Translations under genes and position numbers: made by a program
Shown here: positions 9,407 to 17,889 of the stretch, piece by piece
Position numbering within the stretch: position 1 is the first letter of the stretch
Layout: each line of letters opens with the position of its first letter
Sequence record: LC819007.1
Length of the DNA stretch: 64,000 nucleotides
Direction: 5' to 3' (one strand)
The notes under the pieces: generated by a model
What the model was told of the DNA's origin: nothing
Database searches by the model: none
Seen by the model: the letters and a program-made list of their open reading frames with translations, nothing else

Positions 9407-10200
9407 GCGAGCTCCTTCACGGGTTGGAGAATGCTACCCAGCTGCACACGGCCATCCGGCGTGTACGAGACCTGGTGCGTCGACGACGTCGTCTTGATCT
9501 GTTCCTTCGCGTACGACTCGTCGGTCAGCGCCATGCGCAGGTGCGCGAGCGACTGAGCGTGTTCGCGGTCGATCTTGTCGAAGGCGATGGATTCCTTGAA
9601 CTTGGCCATCACGTCGTTGCCGGAGTTCAGTGCCTTGCCGGTTGCATTACCCAGCTGAGCGAGTTCGTACTTGGCAATGTACTTGTCGACGTTACGGCTG
9701 AACTGGCCATGCTTCTCGCGAGCGTCCTTAAACTGGTCGACACGGAAGACGAGCAGCGCTTCGTATTCACGCAGGTTCTGCATCGACTCTTCGGCTTCTT
9801 CCGGATACTCCTTGACGAGCTTCTTCGTCTTCTGGCTGAAGAGTTCCACCGCCGCGACCTGTTGTTCCAGCATGCCGCGTGCGTCTTCCAGTGCCTGCGC
9901 CCGTTCCTGGCGCTGGGCGATCAGGGTAGTACACGGATCACGTTCGACGACTTCCTTCACGGCCTTGTACTTCAGGTTCGTGAGCCACGTGGAGAAGGCT
10001 GGCTGTAGCGCCAGTGCGACGCCGCCAATCACGAAGGCAGCGATCAGGCCAATCAGACCTTGAATGACCAGATAGATCGTGGGTGCGACAACAACTGCAA
10101 CTCCTCCAACGATCCCGACCTGTATCAGTCGTTTGAATCTTTGTTTTTTGTCCATGATAACGGATGATAGGTTAGCGGATTGAGCGTTCTGTCTACTCAA
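9403..10200 (-). CDS. two-TM plus long coiled-coil protein (PspA-like architecture)
   Basis: TTG start 5 nt after GGAGG; two hydrophobic helices then heptad-rich helical region. Confidence 0.7.
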   Translation of the reverse strand: MSRQNAQSANLSSVIMDKKQRFKRLIQVGIVGGVAVVVAPTIYLVIQGLIGLIAAFVIGGVALALQPAFSTWLTNLKYKAVKEVVERDPCTTLIAQRQERAQALEDARGMLEQQVAAVELFSQKTKKLVKEYPEEAEESMQNLREYEALLVFRVDQFKDAREKHGQFSRNVDKYIAKYELAQLGNATGKALNSGNDVMAKFKESIAFDKIDREHAQSLAHLRMALTDESYAKEQIKTTSSTHQVSYTPDGRVQLGSILQPVKELA

Positions 10201-10320
10201 ACCATCCTCCCGCTCTGTTAAAAAACCACTACGACGGCAAAAAAAAGAGAGGGGTCGCTGACCCCTCAGTCTGCCCGGTGGGAGGAGACCACACCGGCTA
10301 CCCCTCTCAAACCTGGACAG

Positions 10321-10680
10321 TTATGTTGGATCGATCATGAACTTCAGACCGGGAACGCGCAAAGCTTCATCCAGCGTCATGTTGGTATTCACCCCCATGG
10401 CGTTCAACACCTTGCGCATGTCCTGTTCTTCTGCTTCGTCCGCGACGGCTTCTTCATCCACCCACGGCTCAACCACTGTTTGTACCGTGACCTTCTGAGT
10501 GAACACCACACGTTGATTGCAGTGTTCGCAATACACCTGCCGCTGCGGATCGATCAACAACTCGATCACCTCTTCGGGCGCTGACTCCAGCGAGTAAATC
10601 AGGTACGCACCCTGACCTACTTGTTCACTGGTTTCATGCTTGCAATGCGGGCAGTCAAACTTCACGGTATCGTAAGCCAC
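10321..10680 (-). CDS. zinc-ribbon-like protein
   Basis: CPHC...CEHC; GTG start with GGAG RBS. Confidence 0.7.
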   Translation of the reverse strand: MAYDTVKFDCPHCKHETSEQVGQGAYLIYSLESAPEEVIELLIDPQRQVYCEHCNQRVVFTQKVTVQTVVEPWVDEEAVADEAEEQDMRKVLNAMGVNTNMTLDEALRVPGLKFMIDPT

Positions 10681-10706
10681 AATCTCTCCTAAAGAAGTTA
10701 CTACGG

Positions 10707-11138
10707 TTACAACCTAACGGTATTCCTGACGGACAGAGGAAAGCGCCCCTGGGTTAGCTTGATCTGTTGTCCCATGACGTTCATGGTGTTGTATAGTTCA
10801 AGCGTGCCGATGTCGACGATCTCAGCGTTGTGATCGCTCAGATACTTCTCGGCTGCGCTGTAGGTCGTGAAGATCCAGCTCAGCTGACCTTGCGCATTAC
10901 CCGTCAGTCCGACCGACGCGCAGGTGATGCGCGAGCGACGATGAACGCCGTGGCTCGTCGTGCCATGGAACGAGAACGACCAGCCTTTGATGGGCATCTT
11001 GAAAGGACGCTCAGCGATTTCGATGCGCGTGGGTTCCAACGCGCGCAGACGGCCTTCGTATTCGACGGCAGCGACTAACCAGCCCGTACGACCCTGACGG
11101 ATGTCCTTGAATTTCAACTTACCTGCTTTGGTCGGCAT
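10707..11138 (-). CDS. hypothetical protein (MPTKAGKLKF...)
   Basis: Start reset to 11138 to avoid overlap with the upstream gene. Confidence 0.65.
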   Translation of the reverse strand: MPTKAGKLKFKDIRQGRTGWLVAAVEYEGRLRALEPTRIEIAERPFKMPIKGWSFSFHGTTSHGVHRRSRITCASVGLTGNAQGQLSWIFTTYSAAEKYLSDHNAEIVDIGTLELYNTMNVMGQQIKLTQGRFPLSVRNTVRL

Positions 11139-11145
11139 TTTCTTG

Positions 11146-11511
11146 TTATCCTGCGTTGTGGTATTGAAGAAGCTTCTTGCGATGCGAAGCACAGAGGTCG
11201 TACACGGGACCTGCCATGCCTTCGTCCGGGTCCCGTGTCGGGTAGACACGTTCGCTGATCGTTGCGTTGCAGTGCTCGCAGTAGTTCTCTGCGGTCCCGG
11301 CGGCTTCGGAGTCACGTGCCAGTTGCTCAGCGACCTTAGCGTCGTTCACGCACTCCTGGCACAGGTCATTGAGCTCTGCACCAAAGCTGTCGGTTTCACC
11401 CTGGATACGAGCCACCGCAGGACGATCCGGATGTTCGTCACACGTCTGACCAGGCGGCACCGGATGGGAGTCACCGGGAAGGGTCGAGCACGAGCCAATT
11501 ACATCTGCCAT
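11146..11511 (-). CDS. Cys/His-rich putative metal-binding protein
   Basis: CDEH, LCQEC, YCEHC, LCASH motifs; GGGAA RBS-like upstream. Confidence 0.7.
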   Translation of the reverse strand: MADVIGSCSTLPGDSHPVPPGQTCDEHPDRPAVARIQGETDSFGAELNDLCQECVNDAKVAEQLARDSEAAGTAENYCEHCNATISERVYPTRDPDEGMAGPVYDLCASHRKKLLQYHNAG

Positions 11512-11522
11512 CTTTATTCCCC

Positions 11523-11909
11523 TTAATCGTTGATACTGATGCCTGCGTTGTATTCGTTCTTGCTGGGATCGCTGAAGTTGAACTCGTCGGTGTCACGAGC
11601 CTCACGCATCCAGCGACCTGCTGCGACTTCCATCGCACGTTCCTCGGCTTCACCGCCGAGTGCTTCAGCGATACGGAACAGTGTGCGCGGGTGAATACAG
11701 TGGTCGTACATCGGGCAGTCGTCGTAACGATTGTAGATGTCCGAGATCACTGCGATCGGCACCTTCTGCACCTCACCGTCCGGCATGATCATGAACACCT
11801 CGTACCACTTGGTGTAGTTCTCCAACGTGATAATGGGAACATTCACCGGATCACCGACGTAAAGCAACTGATGTCCGCGAGGCGAGTGATAAGTGCGGGG
11901 ATTGGCCAC
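11523..11909 (-). CDS. hypothetical protein (MANPRTYHSPRG...)
   Basis: GTG start at 11909 with AAGGAG RBS. Confidence 0.7.
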   Translation of the reverse strand: MANPRTYHSPRGHQLLYVGDPVNVPIITLENYTKWYEVFMIMPDGEVQKVPIAVISDIYNRYDDCPMYDHCIHPRTLFRIAEALGGEAEERAMEVAAGRWMREARDTDEFNFSDPSKNEYNAGISIND

Positions 11910-11910
11910 G

Positions 11911-12282
11911 TTATTCTCCTTGTGCGCTAGCGGCGGCATTGAGTGCCTGATTGCGTGCCTGCCAGAACTTCTGTTTCTCCGCGAGACGGCCGAGCAGGTA
12001 GTCCTTCTCCGAGCGCAGGTTGCCGTTAGTGAGCAGTCGGACTTCCAGCTGGCTCGATTTCCACACCGGAAAAGCAATCGGATACTTGTCCTGGGTGAAC
12101 GGACTTGCAGTCTCGGCGACGCCTGCCATTGGCTGCATGATGTCGAAGACGATCTTTGCAACCGGTGGTGCGATCACACCATCGTCAGCGCCCGTACCGC
12201 TCAAGACCTTCTTGAGATCGACAATAGCAGCATCACGGCGGGCAGCCATCTGCACAGCTGAGTTGAGATTGTTGGTGACCAT
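11911..12282 (-). CDS. hypothetical protein
   Basis: 123-aa ORF with AGGAG RBS. Confidence 0.7.
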   Translation of the reverse strand: MVTNNLNSAVQMAARRDAAIVDLKKVLSGTGADDGVIAPPVAKIVFDIMQPMAGVAETASPFTQDKYPIAFPVWKSSQLEVRLLTNGNLRSEKDYLLGRLAEKQKFWQARNQALNAAASAQGE

Positions 12283-12312
12283 GGTTACTACTCCTGGGTT
12301 AGTTTGAGAGAA

Positions 12313-12690
12313 TTAACGTTCTTTCGCGAGACGGTCTTGCATCTCGGTAAGCTGATCAAGAATGAAGCTATTGACCTTGCGTAGATCATTCAGCGACATC
12401 GACGTGATATGCACGGTTACGCCGCGTCCGTAATAATCCCGATAGGCCATGGGAAACTTCGACTGCGGAAATGCACACTCTTGCACGTCACGCGGCAAGA
12501 GACGCGCAAGCTCCCGCATCGTTCGAGCGACAATCGCTGCCACTCGTGAACCCGTAAGTTCAAAGTTCTGCCCGACAGCCTTGTACGACATTCCTTCCAT
12601 TACCTGCTTGGTGATCGCGATACGCTTCTCCATCGTGGAGCCTTTGCGCATCATTTTCCAAGCGTATTCATCGAACAAACTTTCAGCCAC
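12313..12690 (-). CDS. helix-turn-helix DNA-binding protein (sigma region 4-like)
   Basis: QVMEGMSYKAVGQNFELTGSRVAAIVARTMREL resembles an HTH; GGAGG RBS. Confidence 0.6.
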   Translation of the reverse strand: MAESLFDEYAWKMMRKGSTMEKRIAITKQVMEGMSYKAVGQNFELTGSRVAAIVARTMRELARLLPRDVQECAFPQSKFPMAYRDYYGRGVTVHITSMSLNDLRKVNSFILDQLTEMQDRLAKER

Positions 12691-12701
12691 AATTCCTCCG
12701 T

Positions 12702-12854
12702 CTATTCAAACAGGCGAGAATACGGCGTGTTCACAAAGCCGGTGGGGTTACTGGAAACGTCAACCATTTCCGTAATCACGAAAGCAAACAGTGCTACCAA
12801 CAACAAACCTTTTATTAACCCGCGCACTCGACGGCGCTTCCAACCTGGTCTCAT
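12702..12854 (-). CDS. small membrane protein (MRPGWKRRRVRGLIKGLLLVALFAFVIT...)
   Basis: Manually translated 50-aa ORF filling the gap; basic N-terminus then hydrophobic helix. Confidence 0.55.
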   Translation of the reverse strand: MRPGWKRRRVRGLIKGLLLVALFAFVITEMVDVSSNPTGFVNTPYSRLFE

Positions 12855-12867
12855 CGTGCCTATCTCG

Positions 12868-13299
12868 TTATAGCGTCACGTCTAAGGGGTATCGCATAAA
12901 GAGCGACGCCAGCAAAGGCACCGGATCAGTCATGGGTTGCACCCCTACCTCATCAGCCTTCATCAAGGAGGGCCTGATGACACGCAGCATGATGTCATCG
13001 CCCGTTTTACGAGGCGGACCATCGAAATAGATGAACTCAGAATCTTCCCAGCCACGCGGAATCCTCATCTCATCCAGAATCTCGACCAACGGCTTGGACA
13101 AGAACGCTACGCAACGCAGGACATCTTGCGACGTCTCGATGCTGTACGAGTCTGCGTACTTGGCCAACGCTTGTTTCAGTTCTTCTGGACGAGCCTGCCA
13201 AGTCTTGTCGAGCCGCTCTTTCAGCGACCAGACAATAGGGATCGAACGACTATAACCGGGATACTCTCTAGCACCCGGAATCCATCGAATATTGGTCAT
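12868..13299 (-). CDS. hypothetical protein
   Basis: 143-aa ORF, AAGGA RBS. Confidence 0.7.
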   Translation of the reverse strand: MTNIRWIPGAREYPGYSRSIPIVWSLKERLDKTWQARPEELKQALAKYADSYSIETSQDVLRCVAFLSKPLVEILDEMRIPRGWEDSEFIYFDGPPRKTGDDIMLRVIRPSLMKADEVGVQPMTDPVPLLASLFMRYPLDVTL

Positions 13300-13398
13300 G
13301 ATTTCCTTAAATCTTACAGTCTGTAAGGGGATTTTGTGAGTTCACCCATCGTATGGAGCCCCTGCTCCAACTAACCTTTTTCACATGTGAGTAGAGCA

Positions 13399-14949
13399 AT
13401 GTCGGACGCAACGACCAACACCGTAAACCAAGAAGTTGACCCTGCCGCTGAAGTAGCAATCGCAGCTGATTCGGTCGACCAAAGCGTCCCCGCAGCAACC
13501 GAAGCAGCTCCTGTCGAGCAAGCTCCGGCTGTCGTGGAAGACCAAGCCCCTGCAGCCACCGATGAAACCGTCGCAGATGCGCCGGCTGGTGATGCTGTGG
13601 AAACCCAACCCGCACAAACGACCGATGCTCCTGCTGTCGAAGCAGAAGCGCCGGTTGCAGAAGCACAACCCGTAGCTGATGCTCCCGCCGAACAAGCAGA
13701 AGCACCTGCAGTCGAAGCACAACCCGCTGACGCAGCGCCGGTCGCTGTCGAAGCTGACCCGATCGCCGAACAGCCTGCGCAAGATCCGGCGCAAGCCGAG
13801 CAAGCCGCTCCTGCTGACGCTGCTCCGGCAGAACAAGCAGAGCAACCGGCTGCTGCGGACGAAGCAGCTCCGACGGTCACGGAAGAACCCGTTGTCGATA
13901 CCCCGGCTGAAGTTCCGGCCGAGCAACCGACGGAAGTGGCTCCGGTTGAAACGGCTCCGGTCGACGCTGCACCCGCAGCTGACACCCTGGCTGTCGAAAC
14001 GCCCGCAGAAGCTGCGCCTGTCGAGGCAGCACCTGTTGCTGACGCTCCGGTCGAAACGCCGGTCGCAGAAACGCCTGCAGACCAACCGGCCGCAGAAGCT
14101 CCGGCTCAAGATGCACCCGCTGTGGAAACGCCGGTCGCTGACGCGCCCGTCGACACTCCGGCAGCTGATGCTCCTGCGCAGGAAACTGCTGCTGATCCGG
14201 TTGCAGTCGACACTCCGGTGGAAACACCGGCAGACCCGGTCGTGGAAGTCCCGGCTGAACAACCTGCTGCAGATGCACCCGCAGCGGACCAACCTGCGGA
14301 GACTCCCGTTGCTGATCAACCTGCTGACCAACCTACTCAAGACGCTCCGGCAGATGCCGGTGTGGCGGATGGCCAAGGCAGCCAGGATTCGGCGCCCGTA
14401 GTGGAAACCCCGGCGGAAGATACGCCGGCTCAAGAAGGACAACAAGATGCAGCCCCTGCTCAAGGAGATGCACCTGCAGTTTCGGATAGCGGCGATGTCG
14501 CACCGGTCGTGGAACAAGATCCCGCGCCCGTTGCAGCTGACCCGGCTCCCGCAGCTGACGTACCTGCAACGACGGATACCCCGGCCGATGCTGACCAGAC
14601 GCAACCTGCACAAGGAAGCGACGCTGGCGATGCAGCGGCTCAAGATCCGGCACCCGTGACGGATACGCCGGCTGACGCTGGTACGACTGACCAAGGTTCG
14701 GCTCCGGCTGAATCGACGGACCCGGTCGAAACGGCTCCTGCTGATCCGGTTGCGCCGGAAGCACCGGCAGCTCCGGAAACGGTCGTCGTGGTGGTGAAGG
14801 AGGAAATCTCCCACAGCTTCCTCGAAGAGATCCGTCACGAGCTGACGAACTTCGAACACGAAATGATGTCTCGCGTGTTCGGAATGCTTTCGCGCATCAA
14901 GCCGCATCACCGCGACAAGCTGTTCGAGCATTTCAAGAAGTTCCGTTAA
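13399..14949 (+). CDS. very acidic Ala/Pro/Asp/Glu-rich low-complexity protein with short helical C-terminal domain
   Basis: 516-aa ORF from ATG 13399 (track uses GTG 13387); repeated APAVETPVADAP-like units; own terminator at 14977. Confidence 0.85.
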   Translation: MSDATTNTVNQEVDPAAEVAIAADSVDQSVPAATEAAPVEQAPAVVEDQAPAATDETVADAPAGDAVETQPAQTTDAPAVEAEAPVAEAQPVADAPAEQAEAPAVEAQPADAAPVAVEADPIAEQPAQDPAQAEQAAPADAAPAEQAEQPAAADEAAPTVTEEPVVDTPAEVPAEQPTEVAPVETAPVDAAPAADTLAVETPAEAAPVEAAPVADAPVETPVAETPADQPAAEAPAQDAPAVETPVADAPVDTPAADAPAQETAADPVAVDTPVETPADPVVEVPAEQPAADAPAADQPAETPVADQPADQPTQDAPADAGVADGQGSQDSAPVVETPAEDTPAQEGQQDAAPAQGDAPAVSDSGDVAPVVEQDPAPVAADPAPAADVPATTDTPADADQTQPAQGSDAGDAAAQDPAPVTDTPADAGTTDQGSAPAESTDPVETAPADPVAPEAPAAPETVVVVVKEEISHSFLEEIRHELTNFEHEMMSRVFGMLSRIKPHHRDKLFEHFKKFR

Positions 14950-14976
14950 GAAGTAAAAAGAAGTAAGCGGTAATTG

Positions 14977-15012
14977 AGCCTCCTGGACGCAAGTCCAGGA
15001 GGCTTTTATGCC
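14977..15012 (+). terminator. intrinsic terminator with GCAA tetraloop
   Basis: AGCCTCCTGGAC-GCAA-GTCCAGGAGGCT followed by TTTATGCCGC. Confidence 0.85.
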
Positions 15013-15112
15013 GCTATAGCAGGAAGTACAGCGCAATGCCAAGCAGAGGAACTACAAACCAGGCGTAGTGATACACCGTGCGCTTACTCTTCTCATCGCT
15101 CATGCTGGTCCC

Positions 15113-15346
15113 CTACTTCTTTGGAGGTGGAGGCGCATCGCTTAGCGCCGCAAAGGTTCGATACTCGTAACGGAACTTCTCCCGCAATCGCCCACGACCA
15201 CGCTTGGCATACTTCGGATCTTCCATCAACTTGTCGACAGCCTTATCAGCTATCTCCATGAACTCTTCTTCATTCATGCGCTTCTCCACGTAGAGAAAGC
15301 GAAGCATGTTGAAGAAGACGGTCGAGCTTGTCAGCATTTCCAGCAT
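15113..15346 (-). CDS. small hypothetical protein
   Basis: 77-aa ORF converging on the 14977 terminator; start uncertain. Confidence 0.55.
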   Translation of the reverse strand: MLEMLTSSTVFFNMLRFLYVEKRMNEEEFMEIADKAVDKLMEDPKYAKRGRGRLREKFRYEYRTFAALSDAPPPPKK

Positions 15347-15362
15347 GGCCGTCTCCCGGTAG

Positions 15363-15617
15363 TTACGTGCGATCGAAGTTGTATTCCGTCAACTGGATGT
15401 TACCCGAAGGCAACCACACCGGCCTTAGCGCCGGAGTGCGCGGCGCAACCGGGCCCTCGGGGTACATCAGCACGGGCCGACCGAAGAGGAGATACTCACC
15501 TTCCTGGATCGGTTCATCATGACCCTCTTTCCACTGACGCGCCTGCTCCAGACGCATCTTGAGTTCGCTCAGCTCCGGATCGCCCATCGGCACCGGCTGA
15601 GGAATCTCCAGCAACAT
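15363..15617 (-). CDS. hypothetical protein (MLLEIPQPVPMG...)
   Basis: C-terminal part of track ORF 15363-15728; overlaps the next ORF by about 100 nt. Confidence 0.45.
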   Translation of the reverse strand: MLLEIPQPVPMGDPELSELKMRLEQARQWKEGHDEPIQEGEYLLFGRPVLMYPEGPVAPRTPALRPVWLPSGNIQLTEYNFDRT

Positions 15618-15900
15618 GTTGCGGCACAAGTTGTTCGGAAAGGTCCCAGAAGGGGTGGATGAGGAAACGAGATTCGGTTTCATTGAGAACCCTTTGTTTT
15701 CCACGTTGGATGGTGATAAACGTTTCACCCTTGATCTGGCGATCGAGGAAGATAAAGTCCGCTTCCATCTCGATGGTGCGTTGAGATTTGGGAGGCGTCG
15801 TCGTAAGCAGTGTGTGTTCGCCGCGTAACGGGAAACGCATGCGCATATGCTCGAAGAGCGCTTTTGCAGCCTCGTACGCCGGATCAGCTTCAGGCTTCAT
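15517..15900 (-). CDS. hypothetical protein (MKPEADPAYEAAK...)
   Basis: GGAGGG upstream; starts in the 3' end of the 15890 gene; low-complexity tail in overlap. Confidence 0.5.
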   Translation of the reverse strand: MKPEADPAYEAAKALFEHMRMRFPLRGEHTLLTTTPPKSQRTIEMEADFIFLDRQIKGETFITIQRGKQRVLNETESRFLIHPFWDLSEQLVPQHVAGDSSAGADGRSGAERTQDASGAGASVERGS

Positions 15901-16696
15901 GCGTCTGTCCCTCCAGCCTGGCGAACATGATCGCGGTGTCACGTTCCGGACGATTCGGTGACAGAACCTTCAACGCAATACGCCAGAAGTGTTCGAAGCC
16001 GCTGTTGGCGTTTTGCGTGTCCCAACGGCTACGCGAACGGTGCACCAGACCGTCGGCGTTGCCCGGCTTGCGCTCTGGGTTGTTACGGGCCCGGAACGTC
16101 TGAAGCGCCAAGTGATACACGTTCGTCAGAGCGATATCATGCTTCGACAGGCCATGCAGGGCGTGCAGATGCCGCTCGGCCATACGGTTGACGTTGTTGA
16201 TGCTGCCATGCGCGAGTTGCGCATAGTTAGCCATCTCCATATCCGTGAAGTGATGACCGTACTGGCCGTACGTATCTTCCAACAGTGTCGAGTGGTGCGC
16301 CACCGGGAAGGCTGCTGGCCACGTAGCGACCGTATGGCTCGCTTTCAGGAAGTCGAGCACGCTGTTGTGGAGCGCGAAGGTGTCGTCGCTGTAGATCAGC
16401 AGCATGGCTGCGGCCATATAGCGAAGATCGGCGATCACTTCCTGTTCAGGCTGGGTCGCGTAAGCCTGCGTCTTCACGAAGCCATAGCCCTTTTGCTGCA
16501 GACCCGGCAGAAGGATCTCATCAGGGATCTGGTACTTCTGCTGGATGTCGCGGTATTCGGTCACGTCAGCGAAGCCGTCTTCGGCCACGAGCTTCTGAAG
16601 CTCGCCCAGCGCTTGCTCGACGATCGGGTTCGTGCGGGGAATCGGTTTAACCACTACGGACGGCGAAAGAAGGAGATTGGACATTTCTGGGTACAT
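15890..16696 (-). CDS. hypothetical protein
   Basis: Long ORF directly downstream of the promoter-like motif at 16778. Confidence 0.75.
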   Translation of the reverse strand: MYPEMSNLLLSPSVVVKPIPRTNPIVEQALGELQKLVAEDGFADVTEYRDIQQKYQIPDEILLPGLQQKGYGFVKTQAYATQPEQEVIADLRYMAAAMLLIYSDDTFALHNSVLDFLKASHTVATWPAAFPVAHHSTLLEDTYGQYGHHFTDMEMANYAQLAHGSINNVNRMAERHLHALHGLSKHDIALTNVYHLALQTFRARNNPERKPGNADGLVHRSRSRWDTQNANSGFEHFWRIALKVLSPNRPERDTAIMFARLEGQTHEA

Positions 16697-16777
16697 GGGT
16701 CGTAAGAGAGAATGGGGTGCGGAGATGCACTCGCACAATACTGGGTCGTGGTTAAATACGTCTCTGTGTTCAAGTTA

Positions 16778-16796
16778 GTAATATGTAGTTATTAAA
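16778..16796 (-). promoter_or_regulatory. putative early phage promoter (TTTAATAACTACATATTAC)
   Basis: Best match to repeated motif; contains TATTAC as in phiKZ early promoters; shares CAAGTTAGTRATATGTRGT with the 191-209 copy. Confidence 0.65.
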
Positions 16797-16809
16797 TCTT
16801 CGATTCCAG

Positions 16810-16831
16810 CATAAAGGCCCGGGTTTCCCCG
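16810..16831. repeat. 22-bp direct repeat copy 1 (terminator hairpin) CATAAAGGCCCGGGTTTCCCCG
   Basis: Identical to 17550-17571. Confidence 0.9.
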
Positions 16832-16852
16832 AGCCTAAACTTTGTAGCCATG

Positions 16853-17503
16853 TTAGATGGCAATCGGATTAAAGTTGTCTGTATAGCGCGCAACCTTACT
16901 GAAACGCATCCCGTTGAAATAACCTTTGATGTAATAACCGAAACCTGGCGTGCGACCAATCGTGCAGTACGTATCGGTGTAGTTCCCTGTGTTTGCTAAC
17001 GAACCTTTATTAGCGCCGTCAACGAAGAGGGTCTCAACACCGGCCAATCTGACTATCGCGACATGATGCCATCGATTAGCGGGAAATGCCGAAGCTGTCA
17101 ATTGCACCGTGTTGGCGTTGCCTCCGTCATACATCGTCAACTTACCAGCCAGCATCCGCAAGCGCGGAAACGAATTGACCGAATTAGCTTTTCCGTCGGT
17201 TATCTCTCCGTTTGAGTCGGAGATAAAGTAGATCCATGTTTCGACTGTAAAGTCGCCCGCTCCCATTGGCGTAAGCCCGCTTAAGACAAGCTGGGCTGTC
17301 GAGCCATCCATGTAACAACTGGACGTACCAAAAATGCTTTGAGCAGTAGAAAATGTGGAGGCTGTATTTGTGAACGTTGCCTTTCCGACCTGATCGGTGA
17401 AAGTACCGTCAAGACGAGAAAGGAACAACGTATCGCTATCCAGCTCCACTGTATTAGTGCCAGCTACGACCGGCCGTGCCGTAGCCAGTAAAGCTTCAAG
17501 CAT
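16853..17503 (-). CDS. LamG/concanavalin A-like lectin domain protein (putative virion decoration or receptor-binding)
   Basis: GDFTVETWIY, NRWHHVAIVR.....TLFVDG, IG......Y.KGY.NG.RFSK.ARYT.NF motifs; AAGGGAG RBS. Confidence 0.85.
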   Translation of the reverse strand: MLEALLATARPVVAGTNTVELDSDTLFLSRLDGTFTDQVGKATFTNTASTFSTAQSIFGTSSCYMDGSTAQLVLSGLTPMGAGDFTVETWIYFISDSNGEITDGKANSVNSFPRLRMLAGKLTMYDGGNANTVQLTASAFPANRWHHVAIVRLAGVETLFVDGANKGSLANTGNYTDTYCTIGRTPGFGYYIKGYFNGMRFSKVARYTDNFNPIAI

Positions 17504-17549
17504 GTTTATCTCCCTTAAACTATAGGATTTTGGGGAGAATCGATCACGA

Positions 17550-17571
17550 CATAAAGGCCCGGGTTTCCCCG
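17550..17571. repeat. 22-bp direct repeat copy 2 (terminator hairpin)
   Basis: Identical to 16810-16831; extends to GGCCCGGG/CCCGGGCC stem. Confidence 0.9.
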
Positions 17572-17589
17572 GGCCCCTATGACGCTTAG

Positions 17590-17889
17590 TTACTCGACGG
17601 GCGAGAACTCCGTGTAGAACGTTTCCTTGTCGCGACCGTAGACGTTGCCTTTCGGATCAACCGTCACGACGTGCTTCGACGCAATGCCGAACACGTAGCC
17701 GTGAATGCTGATCCGATACAGTTCGTCGTTGTCCTTAGCCACGGCGTAGCCTCGGAACTCCTGCGCCCACATCTTCTTTACCGCAGCGCTCTCACGTGGA
17801 CCCTTGGTAAAGTCACGGGGCTTGAGAGCCGCCACGAATTCGTCGAAGGTCAATACTTCGAGAATTTCACCATCACGCTGATACTTCAT
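17590..17889 (-). CDS. hypothetical protein (MKYQRDGEILEVLTFDEF...)
   Basis: GAGG RBS; C-terminal part of track ORF. Confidence 0.7.
   Translation of the reverse strand: MKYQRDGEILEVLTFDEFVAALKPRDFTKGPRESAAVKKMWAQEFRGYAVAKDNDELYRISIHGYVFGIASKHVVTVDPKGNVYGRDKETFYTEFSPVE

Noticed and set aside
10245-10320. GC-rich nested hairpins checked as a possible tRNA or ncRNA
   Set aside because: No cloverleaf, T-loop or CCA; GAGGGGTC/GACCCCTC next to an A8 run is adequately explained as a minus-strand terminator
13700-14760. Repetitive DNA that could be mistaken for a CRISPR or tandem array
   Set aside because: Repeats are degenerate, in-frame and codon-level, with no constant repeat and unique spacer periodicity
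13307-15042. Minus-strand and alternative-frame ORFs over the acidic repeat gene (553 aa, 204 aa, 240 aa)
   Set aside because: By-products of low-complexity GCN/CCN repeats; only the plus frame has a coherent product and a matching terminator
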